Below, piece by piece: positions 9,114 through 17,724 of a stretch of 64,000 nt of DNA (the first letter of the stretch is position 1; each line of letters begins with the position of its first letter). The stretch is taken from contig OZ244852.1 in the NCBI GenBank assembly GCA_965220965.1, positions 2,752,001 through 2,816,000 of the forward strand. Reading direction: 5' to 3'. Made by a program: the position numbers and the translations under genes. The notes below the pieces were generated by a model. The model was given only the letters and a program-made list of their open reading frames with translations. It did no database searches and was not told the DNA's origin. Origin of the DNA: Candidatus Marinacidobacterium sp. (lineage in GTDB: Bacteria > Acidobacteriota > Vicinamibacteria > Marinacidobacterales > Marinacidobacteraceae).

Positions 9114-10556
9114 ATGATTCGTCGGGCTGTCTTCCGCCATGAATGGCGGCTTCTCCTCGCCGACCGGGCGCTCTGGATCGCGCTCGTCGGCTTCATCGCG
9201 CTGTTCGGCTACGCGCTGGCGAACGGAGCCGCGTGGCGATCGTTCCAGGACCGCACGGTCGAGGCCGCGCTGGCGGCTAGCGCGGAACGCGCCGAATCGC
9301 TCGCCAGCCAACTGGAGGACATCGCGGCCGGAGGGCAGCCGTCATCGCCGTTCCGGGATCCCCGGCGGGCGAACGTGCTCGGCGGAGCCGCTGGCGCGCG
9401 TTCCGCTGCGCTCGAGCCCGGTCCCCTCACCGCGCTCGCCGTGGGTCAGAGCGATCTCCTGCCCTATGTCTACGACGTCAGCATCTACACGAACGAGTCT
9501 TCCTTCCTGCAGAACGGGGAGGTCGAGAACCCGCTGAACCTGATGGTCGGCCGGTTCGACGCCGCGTTCTTCGTGATCTACCTGCTGCCGCTCGTGGTTC
9601 TCGCCATGAGCTTCCGCGTGCTCTCCGGCGAACGGGAACAGGGGACGCTGGCGCTGGCGCTGTCTCAACCGGTGTCCGCGCGGAGCCTGGTGGCTGCGAA
9701 GCTCACATTCCGGGCGCTCCTGGTCGTCGGGATGGCCATCGGGGTCTCGCTGCTCGGAGCGTTGGTGGCCGGGCAGGCGGGCGCCGACCGGATCCTGATC
9801 TGGTGCGGAACCGTTCTCGTCTACTCGCTGTTCTGGTTTGCGCTCGCCGCGTGGGTGAACAGCCTCGGGCGGTCCTCCGCCTGGAACGCGACGGTGCTCG
9901 TCGGAGCATGGCTCATGCTCGTGGTCGTGCTCCCGGCTGCGGGGAACATCGTGGCCGATGTGCTCCATCCCCTCCCGTCCCGCGTCGAGATGGTGACGGC
10001 CCAGCGGGAGGCCTCGAACGAGGCGGTCAACCGCCGCAGCGAACTCCTCGCCCGCTATCTCGAAGACCACCCGGAGATGGCGGAGGGAGTCGTTGACGCG
10101 AGCGAGAACTTCGCCGCGCTCTCCTGGGCGGCGACCGAGGCGGTGAACGAGCGCCTCGAAGAAGTTACGGCGCTCTACGACGAGCGGCTGGCCGGGCAGC
10201 GCGAGCTGATCGGTCGCTACCGGTTCCTCTCGCCGGCGCTCCTGGCGCAGGAGGCGCTTCTCGACGCCGCCGGGACCGGCGACGCCCGTTTCCGCGAGTT
10301 CCAGACGCAGGTCCGCGATTTCGCCGAGGAGTGGAGGCTCTTCTTCGTCCCGAAACTCCTGGCCGGTGAGCTGATGACGGCCGACGTGCTGGATTCGGCC
10401 CCCGGGTTCCGCTTCGAAGACGAGGCTGGCGCAGAAGTCGTGCGCCGGGCGAGCGTCCCCTTCGGCGCGCTCTTCCTGCTGCTCGGGCTCGTCTCCGGCG
10501 CGGCCGCGGTGCGGCTGGGGCGGGTCAAGCCTCGCGCAGAAGGGAACGACGGCTAG
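9114..10556 (+). CDS. ABC-2 type permease, DUF3526 family (second subunit)
   Basis: LAVGQSDLLP, ENPLNLMVGRFD, GEREQGTL, PLPSR. Confidence 0.85.
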   Translation: MIRRAVFRHEWRLLLADRALWIALVGFIALFGYALANGAAWRSFQDRTVEAALAASAERAESLASQLEDIAAGGQPSSPFRDPRRANVLGGAAGARSAALEPGPLTALAVGQSDLLPYVYDVSIYTNESSFLQNGEVENPLNLMVGRFDAAFFVIYLLPLVVLAMSFRVLSGEREQGTLALALSQPVSARSLVAAKLTFRALLVVGMAIGVSLLGALVAGQAGADRILIWCGTVLVYSLFWFALAAWVNSLGRSSAWNATVLVGAWLMLVVVLPAAGNIVADVLHPLPSRVEMVTAQREASNEAVNRRSELLARYLEDHPEMAEGVVDASENFAALSWAATEAVNERLEEVTALYDERLAGQRELIGRYRFLSPALLAQEALLDAAGTGDARFREFQTQVRDFAEEWRLFFVPKLLAGELMTADVLDSAPGFRFEDEAGAEVVRRASVPFGALFLLLGLVSGAAAVRLGRVKPRAEGNDG

Positions 10557-10637
10557 CAAGCAGCCGACCCCACGGACCGCCCCTCTTCCCCGCGCACCCG
10601 CTCGCGGGGAACGAGGGGGCGCGGCGTTTTCGGCCTC

Positions 10638-12563
10638 CTACCCGACGTGGGCGCGGATCCGCTGGAGCGCTTCCGCGATCCGCTCCTCCGACGCGAGCAT
10701 CGACACCCGGGCGTACCCGGTCCAGCGGGCGCCGAACGCGGTCCCCGGAAACATGAGGACGCGCGCCTCCCGCAGGAGACGGCGGCAGAAGGACTCCGCC
10801 GGCATCCCGAACCGGGAGATGTCCGCCCACACGAAGAACCCGCCGCCGTGCGCGGCCGTCGGGATGCCCAGCTCCTCGAGGCCGTCGAGAAGCAGGCGGC
10901 GCCTCGGCCGATAGATCTCCCGCAACCGGGCCGGGAACGCATCCCCCATCCGGAGCGCCGCCGCCGCGGCGCGCTGCGAAAACAGCGCCACCGGCCCCGA
11001 CATCGCCGCCTTGATCCGGGCGCACGCCCCGATCGCGTCGCTCGGCCCGGTCAGGTAGCCGACGCGGAACCCGGTCATCGCGTAGCTCTTCGAGACGCTC
11101 CCGAGCGTGAGCGTCCGGCGGCGCATCCCGGGAAGCGACGAGGGGGAGAGCACCGGTCCCTCCCCGTCGAGCGCCATGTCGGCGTAGACCTCGTCCGACA
11201 GCAGCCACAGGTGCGCCCGGTCCACGAGCGCCGCGAGTCCCTCGACTTCCTCGCTCCGGGTTCGCGCGCCCGTCGGGTTCTGGAAGTTCACGATCGTCAG
11301 CAGCCGGGGACGCGCCGCCCGCCCGAACGCCTCCTCCGCCGCTTCGGCGCGCATCCCGAAGTCCTCCACCCCGTCGCGCTCGAGGCCCCCGCACGCCACC
11401 GGCGCGAGCCGGCCGCCGGCCAGCGCCGCCGCCTGTCCGTAGGAGGTGTAGTGCGGATCCCCCAGCAGCACGTCCTCTCCCTCGCCCACCAGCGCCAGGA
11501 TCGCGACGGCGATCCCCTCCTGGGCGCCGCCGGTGACGAGCACTTCGGTCCGGGGGTCCCACCGGACGCCGGTGCGCGCTTCCTCCCGGTCGGCGATCGC
11601 CTCGCGCAGCCAGATCTGACCCCTCGGATCCAGCGCCTCGCCCGCTCCGGGCTGCGCGCACGCCGCCTCGATGACGGCCGCCGGCGCGTCGGCGTCCGGG
11701 TCCCCGCGGCCGAAGCTCACGACGTCGTCCAGACGGCTCGCCAACTCCATGAGCGAATACCGCGAGTCGTCGTCGCCGATCGGCTTCGGTTTCGCCTTCG
11801 CCGGCGGGGCCGCCTGGACTCGGGCGCCGAGCGCCAGGGCGGCCGCTCGCTGCGAGGGCGCCGGGGTGCAGATGGACAGCGCCTGCTTCCAGCGCCGCAG
11901 CAGCCCGATCAGGCTGCTCGGGGCGTAGAGGAACCCCACCCGGAACGGCGCCAGTCCGGGGAGGCCGTCCAGCGACCCCACGACGATCGCGCCCTCGGGA
12001 GACCCGCCGAAGGCGGTTCCCCCGGTGGGGCCCCCGCCGTCCTCCAGCAGCGCGGCGCCCAGGTCCACGATGATCAGCGGGCCCGGCGCCGCCGGGGAGG
12101 ACGCCCGCGCCGCGGTCCCGCCCGGAAGGACGGCGGCCACCGCCTCGGGCCAGTCCCCGGGGACCTCGAGCATCGGCTCGGGCGTCAGTTCGAGCGCCTG
12201 GCACGCCGCGTAGACACCGTCGAAGTCGGCGAGTCCCGGGAACAGCAGGGCTCGCCGTCCCCCGTTTTCGCCCCCGTGCTCCCGGGCCCCGGCGAGCGCC
12301 ACGAAGCGCGCCTCCTGGACGCCCGCGGTGATGACCGCTTCGCCGCCGGAAGCGACGCCCGCGGCCTCGATGCGCCGCGCGACCTCGGTCCGCAGCTCGG
12401 TAAGCCCCGGTCGGGGCGTGTAATGCGTTTCGCCGCCGAGGAGCGCCGCCCGGAGCCCGTCCCGGACTTCGGCGGCGAGCCCGGCCGACTCCGCCGGTTC
12501 GGGTGTTCCTTCGCGCAACCGGTGTGTCCGGTCGGCGATGGGAACCCCGCAGAAATGGGTCAT
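10638..12563 (-). CDS. Tandem-domain class I/II PLP aminotransferase (degenerate N domain plus intact C domain)
   Basis: N half: HYTPRPGLTELR, VITAGVQEA, GSLDGLPGLAPFRVG (no PLP Lys). C half: VTGGAQEG, NPTG, SDEVY, GSVSKSYAMTGFRVG. ATGA overlap with SDR stop. Confidence 0.85.
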   Translation of the reverse strand: MTHFCGVPIADRTHRLREGTPEPAESAGLAAEVRDGLRAALLGGETHYTPRPGLTELRTEVARRIEAAGVASGGEAVITAGVQEARFVALAGAREHGGENGGRRALLFPGLADFDGVYAACQALELTPEPMLEVPGDWPEAVAAVLPGGTAARASSPAAPGPLIIVDLGAALLEDGGGPTGGTAFGGSPEGAIVVGSLDGLPGLAPFRVGFLYAPSSLIGLLRRWKQALSICTPAPSQRAAALALGARVQAAPPAKAKPKPIGDDDSRYSLMELASRLDDVVSFGRGDPDADAPAAVIEAACAQPGAGEALDPRGQIWLREAIADREEARTGVRWDPRTEVLVTGGAQEGIAVAILALVGEGEDVLLGDPHYTSYGQAAALAGGRLAPVACGGLERDGVEDFGMRAEAAEEAFGRAARPRLLTIVNFQNPTGARTRSEEVEGLAALVDRAHLWLLSDEVYADMALDGEGPVLSPSSLPGMRRRTLTLGSVSKSYAMTGFRVGYLTGPSDAIGACARIKAAMSGPVALFSQRAAAAALRMGDAFPARLREIYRPRRRLLLDGLEELGIPTAAHGGGFFVWADISRFGMPAESFCRRLLREARVLMFPGTAFGARWTGYARVSMLASEERIAEALQRIRAHVG

Positions 12564-13360
12564 TCGGCCAGTTCCTTCCACGCCTGCAGCGGGAGGCGCG
12601 CTCCGGATGCCCGCGCTCTCTCCGCCACCCGATCACAACGGAAGCGCTGTCCGGTGGGGGCGCCGTCTTCCCCTCCGAGGAGCGCGAGCGCCACGAACGC
12701 CGCCCCGAGCGGTTCCGAAGACCCCCACGCCCGCCGGTTCGCTGTCAGCTCCCGCTCCTCCGCGACCGTCATGCCGGTCGGCTTGATCCGGGCCCCCGGC
12801 GTGACGGTGTTCACGACGACGCCGGAACCGCGGCGCTCGGCGGCGGCCGCCCGCGCCAGCCCTTCGACGCCGAACTTGCTGGCGCAGTAGGCCGCCTCGT
12901 CGGCGAAGCCCGACACTCCGGCCCGCGAGCTCGTCAGAACCACCGACCCGCCGCCTCCGGCCTCGAGCGCGGGGAGCAGTTCCCGCAGGAACACGAACGC
13001 CGAGGTCAGGTTCACCGCGAGCGTCTCGTCCCACGCCTGGTCGTCCGTCAACCCCAGGCTTCGGCGCGACAGCACGCCGGCGCAGTGGACGAGCGCCCCC
13101 AGATCTCCGCGGGCGAAAGTGGCGGCGTGCGCCGCCGCGTCGGCCTGGCCGCCCCGGTCGGCGAGGTCCGAGACCAGGACTTGTGCGCCCCCGGACATCG
13201 CGCCCGCCGTCTTCGCCAGCTCCACCGCGCTGCGGTCCACCAGCAGGCAGTGCGCTCCCGCCCGGGACAGCGCCAGCGCCGCCGAGGCGCCGAGGCCCCG
13301 CGCCGCCCCGGTCACGACGACCCGGCGACCGGCGAGCGGACCCCCGACGGTCGAACTCAC
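12560..13360 (-). CDS. SDR family NAD(P)-dependent oxidoreductase
   Basis: VVVTGAARGLG, HCAG, VNL, YCASK; GTG start overlaps DUF819 stop. Confidence 0.9.
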   Translation of the reverse strand: MSSTVGGPLAGRRVVVTGAARGLGASAALALSRAGAHCLLVDRSAVELAKTAGAMSGGAQVLVSDLADRGGQADAAAHAATFARGDLGALVHCAGVLSRRSLGLTDDQAWDETLAVNLTSAFVFLRELLPALEAGGGGSVVLTSSRAGVSGFADEAAYCASKFGVEGLARAAAAERRGSGVVVNTVTPGARIKPTGMTVAEERELTANRRAWGSSEPLGAAFVALALLGGEDGAPTGQRFRCDRVAERARASGARLPLQAWKELAE

Positions 13361-14505
13361 CCGGGCAGCCACCCCCGCAGCAGGCCCGCCGTCAGGAACC
13401 CCAGGTAGTTCCCGAGTCCGTAGCCGAAGATCCCGACGATCACCGCCGGCGCGATCCGCGCCTTCCACTGGAGCGCCATGCCGAGCGCCAGCGCCGACCC
13501 CGGCCCTCCGACGGCGGCCTGGCTCGCGAGCGTCACGGTGGCCAGGTCGAAGCGCGCCAGCCATCCCACGCCGTAGACCACGAGTGCGTGGATCGCGATG
13601 ATGAGCACCATGTAGATGAACAGCCACGGGCCCGCCGCCACGACCTCCCGGACGTCCGAGGCCGCTCCGATCACCAGGAAGAAGAGGTGGAGCGCGAAGT
13701 AGGACAACATCGCGGAACCCTTCAGCCGGGCCACCGCCGGGATCTGCCCGAGCGCCAGCGCGATCGTGGTCAGCCACAGGACTTCCGGCACGCCGGGGGC
13801 CAGCGTCCCCAGGAACCGGGCCATGGCGAGCGCCAGCAGCGGCAGCGCCGCCAGCACCGCCAGGTGGGACACCGAAAGCGCCGCCTCGGTCCAGACGCGC
13901 CGCAGCGCGTCGGAGTCGACGTTGGCCCCTTCGCCCTCGGCCTCGGGCGGCCCCGAGCGGCGCAGGAACACCGCCGCGAGCGCGGAGGCGAGGGCCACCT
14001 GCGCCAGCATCCACGGAACGGTGGACAGGTTGTCCACCACGAACGCCCCGGCGAACAGGCTCGGCGTCATCTCGAGCCCCTGACCGACCGCCGCGAAGTT
14101 CAGACCCCCTCCGAAGAACGCCCCGGCGAAGGTCCCTCCCAGCTTCCAGGTCTCGGATCCCAGCACCCGGAAGAAGAGCAGGCTGGCGATGACCGCGCCG
14201 CAGAAGGTGCCGAGTCCGGCCAGGCCGAATCCGAGCACCATCCGTGGTCCCGCCTTCCTCAGGTCGGCGAACCGGGTGGACAGGACGAACAGCACGATCG
14301 CGTAGGGGATCGCGTAACGCGACAGCGAGTCGAGGAACTCGCTGCCCCGGGGGATGACGCCCAGGTTCGCGAGCAGGATCCCGAGGAGGGTGCAGACGAC
14401 GGCGGAGCTCACCTTCCGGATCACCGGGAAGCGCTCCTCGGCCTCGCGCGCTCCCCACACCATGGCCAGCAGGAACGCCAGCAGAAGCAGCGGTTCGGCG
14501 ATCAC
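13357..14505 (-). CDS. DUF819 family membrane protein (putative transporter)
   Basis: About 10 TM; LANLGVIP, GAFFGGGLNFAAV, ASQAAVGGPGSA, GIFGYGLGNYLG. Confidence 0.82.
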   Translation of the reverse strand: MIAEPLLLLAFLLAMVWGAREAEERFPVIRKVSSAVVCTLLGILLANLGVIPRGSEFLDSLSRYAIPYAIVLFVLSTRFADLRKAGPRMVLGFGLAGLGTFCGAVIASLLFFRVLGSETWKLGGTFAGAFFGGGLNFAAVGQGLEMTPSLFAGAFVVDNLSTVPWMLAQVALASALAAVFLRRSGPPEAEGEGANVDSDALRRVWTEAALSVSHLAVLAALPLLALAMARFLGTLAPGVPEVLWLTTIALALGQIPAVARLKGSAMLSYFALHLFFLVIGAASDVREVVAAGPWLFIYMVLIIAIHALVVYGVGWLARFDLATVTLASQAAVGGPGSALALGMALQWKARIAPAVIVGIFGYGLGNYLGFLTAGLLRGWLPG

Positions 14506-15542
14506 GGCGTCTCTCCCGGCGAGCGCCGCGCGGGCGGCTCGACGTCCACGAACTCCGCCTCCCCGCAGAACAGCGTCCAGTCTCCGGCGGTCGTCGAGGG
14601 GTGCGTCCGGAAACCGAACAGGACGCCGTCGCAGGGGGCCTCCAGGCTCTCCACCGGTTCTCCCAGCAGGTCATGGATCCTGAGGAGCGGCTGCCCCTTC
14701 CGGATCGGACGCTTGAAGTGGTCGGCGGCGCCCCCCGCGAACGGGACCAGCACGCCGCTCCGGCCCGCCATGCGGACCGCCTGCCGTCCGCGCCAGAGCC
14801 GCGGCGCGTAAGCGGGTTCTCCGTCCAGCAGGCCGTAATGGCGGCAGACGTTCGTGAACGCCCGCTTCAGCGTGTCGACCATGTCCCGCAGTCGGCCGGG
14901 CAGGGTCCCCGCGCTGCCGCCGAGCTCCACCGTGATCGCCGCCCGGCCCCGCCCGGTCATCGCCGCCATCGGCGAGCCGGCGGGATGCGGCGTGTCCAGC
15001 ACGATCGTCCAGTCGGGCCCCATCGCCTGCGCCAGTTCGAGCCCCCTGGCGTCTCCCGAGGTCGTGAAGATGGTCTCGCCGAGAAAGCAGATGTTGCCTC
15101 CCGAGTGCACGGTGATCTCGAGGTCCGCGAGCGCCCCCGCGGTCTCGAAGTGGGTCGCCGCCACCCGGTCGGTCAGGTAACCGGCGGACCGACCCGGATA
15201 GATCCGGTTCATGTCGTGGGTGTGGGTGTCCCTCGGGTTCCCCCGCGACATCGCCTCGAACGCCGCCACGTTCATCAGCGGGACAGCGACCACCGCGCCG
15301 GCGAGCGCCTCCGGGTCCAGCTCCCGGGCGAACTCGGTGACCGCGATGACTCCCTCCTGTTCATCGCCGTGGATGCCCCCGTCGAGCAGGAGGACCGGGC
15401 CCGGCCGCCTCCCGTTGACGACGATCACCGGGAAGCCGAGGCCGGTCCCGTCCACCCGCTCCACCGCGGTCACGAAGCCGGACGCGCGTTCGCCCGGCCC
15501 GGCGCCGACCCCGCCGACGGCGAGCATCTCCTTGTGGCTCAT
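14502..15542 (-). CDS. Succinylglutamate desuccinylase/aspartoacylase (M14) family deacylase
   Basis: GGIHGDE, DMNRIYPG, VHSGG, TVELG; start MSHKEML overlaps upstream stop (TGATG). Confidence 0.88.
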   Translation of the reverse strand: MSHKEMLAVGGVGAGPGERASGFVTAVERVDGTGLGFPVIVVNGRRPGPVLLLDGGIHGDEQEGVIAVTEFARELDPEALAGAVVAVPLMNVAAFEAMSRGNPRDTHTHDMNRIYPGRSAGYLTDRVAATHFETAGALADLEITVHSGGNICFLGETIFTTSGDARGLELAQAMGPDWTIVLDTPHPAGSPMAAMTGRGRAAITVELGGSAGTLPGRLRDMVDTLKRAFTNVCRHYGLLDGEPAYAPRLWRGRQAVRMAGRSGVLVPFAGGAADHFKRPIRKGQPLLRIHDLLGEPVESLEAPCDGVLFGFRTHPSTTAGDWTLFCGEAEFVDVEPPARRSPGETP

Positions 15543-16552
15543 CAGGTCTCTCCTTCTCTGTTCTCGACCGCGAAGGCGTCGCGGATCGTCGAAGCCACCC
15601 GCTGGAACAGCTCCCGCGTTCCACCGGCCCCCGCTCCCCCGGTGTGCGGCGCCAGCACGACGCCCGGGGCGCCCAGGAGGGGATGCGAGGCGGGCAGCGG
15701 CTCCTCCCGGAACACATCCAGTCCGGCGCCCCCGAGCCGCCCGGAACGGAGCCGGTCCACCAGCGCCGCTTCGTCCACGAGTCCGCCCCGGGCGGTGTTC
15801 ACCAGGATCGCGCCCGGCCGCATCCGGTCGAGCGCGCCGGCGTCCAGCAGACGGTCGGTCGCTTCGGTGTGCGGCAGGTGGAGGCTCACGACATCCGAGG
15901 CCGCGAGCAGTTCCTCGAGCGAGCCCGCCTGGCGGACTTCCAGCCGGTCCGCCCACACGGTCTCCAGCGGGGTGCGCTGGAAGACCAGCACCCGCATGCC
16001 GAACCCCTGCGCTCGCCGCGCCACCTCCTGGCCGATGGCGCCGAAGCCGACCAGTCCCAGCGACCTGCCGGCGAGCGTCACGATGTCCCTCCGTCCCAGC
16101 CAGTTGAACGCGAAGGAGGACTCGGTCGTCGCCGCCGGCGTCAGGCCCCGGCCCTCGTACTCGGCGCTTCGCACCCCGCGATCCCCCTCCACCACCCGCC
16201 GCGCCACCGCGAGGAGGAGCGCCATCGTGTGGTCCGCGACCGCGATCGCTCCCGGGTGGGGAACCGCGACGACCCGGGCCCCGCGCTTTCGCGCCGCCTC
16301 CTCGTCCACGCTCATGGGGTGGCGCCCGAGGGCGACGATGAGCCGCGCTCCGGACCCTGCGATCTCGGGGGCCCCGACCCGGCGCCGGCGGGCGAGCAGC
16401 ACCCGGGCTCCGGCGACCGCCTCGAGGACCGCGGCCTCCTCGTCCGATGCCGGGATCCGGAGATCGAGGCCGGCGAGCTCCCGGGCGGCGGCCCGCTCGA
16501 CGAGTTCCGGGGGCCGCTCGGCGAACGCGACCCGGACCGGGCGCTCGCTCAA
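15542..16552 (-). CDS. D-isomer-specific 2-hydroxyacid dehydrogenase
   Basis: GLVGFGAIG, SLHLP, VNTARGGLVDE, LDVFREEP, APHTGG; TTG start overlaps yrbG stop. Confidence 0.9.
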   Translation of the reverse strand: MSERPVRVAFAERPPELVERAAARELAGLDLRIPASDEEAAVLEAVAGARVLLARRRRVGAPEIAGSGARLIVALGRHPMSVDEEAARKRGARVVAVPHPGAIAVADHTMALLLAVARRVVEGDRGVRSAEYEGRGLTPAATTESSFAFNWLGRRDIVTLAGRSLGLVGFGAIGQEVARRAQGFGMRVLVFQRTPLETVWADRLEVRQAGSLEELLAASDVVSLHLPHTEATDRLLDAGALDRMRPGAILVNTARGGLVDEAALVDRLRSGRLGGAGLDVFREEPLPASHPLLGAPGVVLAPHTGGAGAGGTRELFQRVASTIRDAFAVENREGET

Positions 16553-17478
16553 AGCAGCACGACCCCCACGTAGGCCGCATACGCCGCGAGGAGCGCCGCG
16601 CCCTTCAACCGCCCCATCCGGGGGCCGAGAAACAGCGCGGCGCCCGCCAGCAGGGTCAGGAGCACGACCCCCGGCACTTCGGCGGCGAGCAGGCGCGGTT
16701 CGACCGCCACCTCGGTGATCGCGGCGGCGAACCCGAGCGCCCCCAGCACGTTGAACAGATTCGAGCCGATCACGTTTCCGGCGGCGATCTGGGTCTCGCC
16801 CCGGCGCACCGCCGCCACCGAGGCCGCGAGTTCGGGCAGTGAGGTCCCCACCGCGACCAGCGTCAACCCGATGGTCGTCTCGGAAGCTCCCAGCTCCCGG
16901 GCGATGTCGGACGCCCCGCGCACCAGCAACTCGGCGCCCACCAGGAGGACGGCGAGTCCCACGCCGGTCGCCGCGAGGCTCCTGCCGAGGGCGGGCGGGT
17001 CGCCGTCCCCCGGGTTGGAGACGCCCCGCTTCCGGCTCCAGTGGATCGACAGCAGGTTGAACGCCACGAGGAGAGCCAGCAGCAGAAGTCCGGCGGTTCG
17101 GCCCACGCCCCCCACCGCGGCCATCGGCCACAGCAGGCAGGTCACCGCCAGCATGAAGCCGAACTCCCGGGAGAGCCCCGTCCGGTTCACCCGAAACGGC
17201 CGCATGATCGCGGTCAGCCCGAGGATGAGCCCCAGGTTCGCGGCGTTCGACCCCACGACGTTCCCGACCGCGAGCCCGGGACTGTCCCGCAGCACCGCCA
17301 CCACGCTCGCCCCGATTTCCGGCGCCGACGTCCCGTAGGCCACCACCGTCAGGCCGATGACGAGCGGACTGACGTGGAACCGCCGGGCCAGCCCCGAAGC
17401 CCCGTCGACCAGCCAGTCCGCCCCGTACGCGAGGCCCGCCAGTCCGCCGCCGACGAACAGCCAGGCGACCAGGGACAA
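16549..17478 (-). CDS. Calcium/sodium antiporter, YrbG family
   Basis: Two alpha-repeats GTSAPE...GNVVGSN and GTSLPE...GNVIGSN. Confidence 0.92.
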   Translation of the reverse strand: MSLVAWLFVGGGLAGLAYGADWLVDGASGLARRFHVSPLVIGLTVVAYGTSAPEIGASVVAVLRDSPGLAVGNVVGSNAANLGLILGLTAIMRPFRVNRTGLSREFGFMLAVTCLLWPMAAVGGVGRTAGLLLLALLVAFNLLSIHWSRKRGVSNPGDGDPPALGRSLAATGVGLAVLLVGAELLVRGASDIARELGASETTIGLTLVAVGTSLPELAASVAAVRRGETQIAAGNVIGSNLFNVLGALGFAAAITEVAVEPRLLAAEVPGVVLLTLLAGAALFLGPRMGRLKGAALLAAYAAYVGVVLL

Positions 17479-17724
17479 AGAAAGCCAGAGCCCCCGCGCG
17501 GGGCGGGAACCGACTCTACCAGAGCCGAACCGGCCCCCGGCCCCTTCCCGCGCGGAGTCGCGTCAAGGCCGCGAAGTAGGATGCCGGGGAACACCGCCCG
17601 AGAAACCATCGTTGAATCGGGGTTGCCGCGTCAGGATGCGTCGCGGCCCGGGAACGGCGAGTCCGTTCCCCTCCGTCCGGCGGCCGGCGCGCCGCCTTGG
17701 GACGTTCCCCTCGAAGGAGAACCG

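Noticed and set aside
12560-17131. Apparent large fusion proteins in the ORF track (704, 692 and 529 aa)
   Set aside because: N-terminal parts are out-of-frame read-through of upstream genes; true starts overlap the preceding stops
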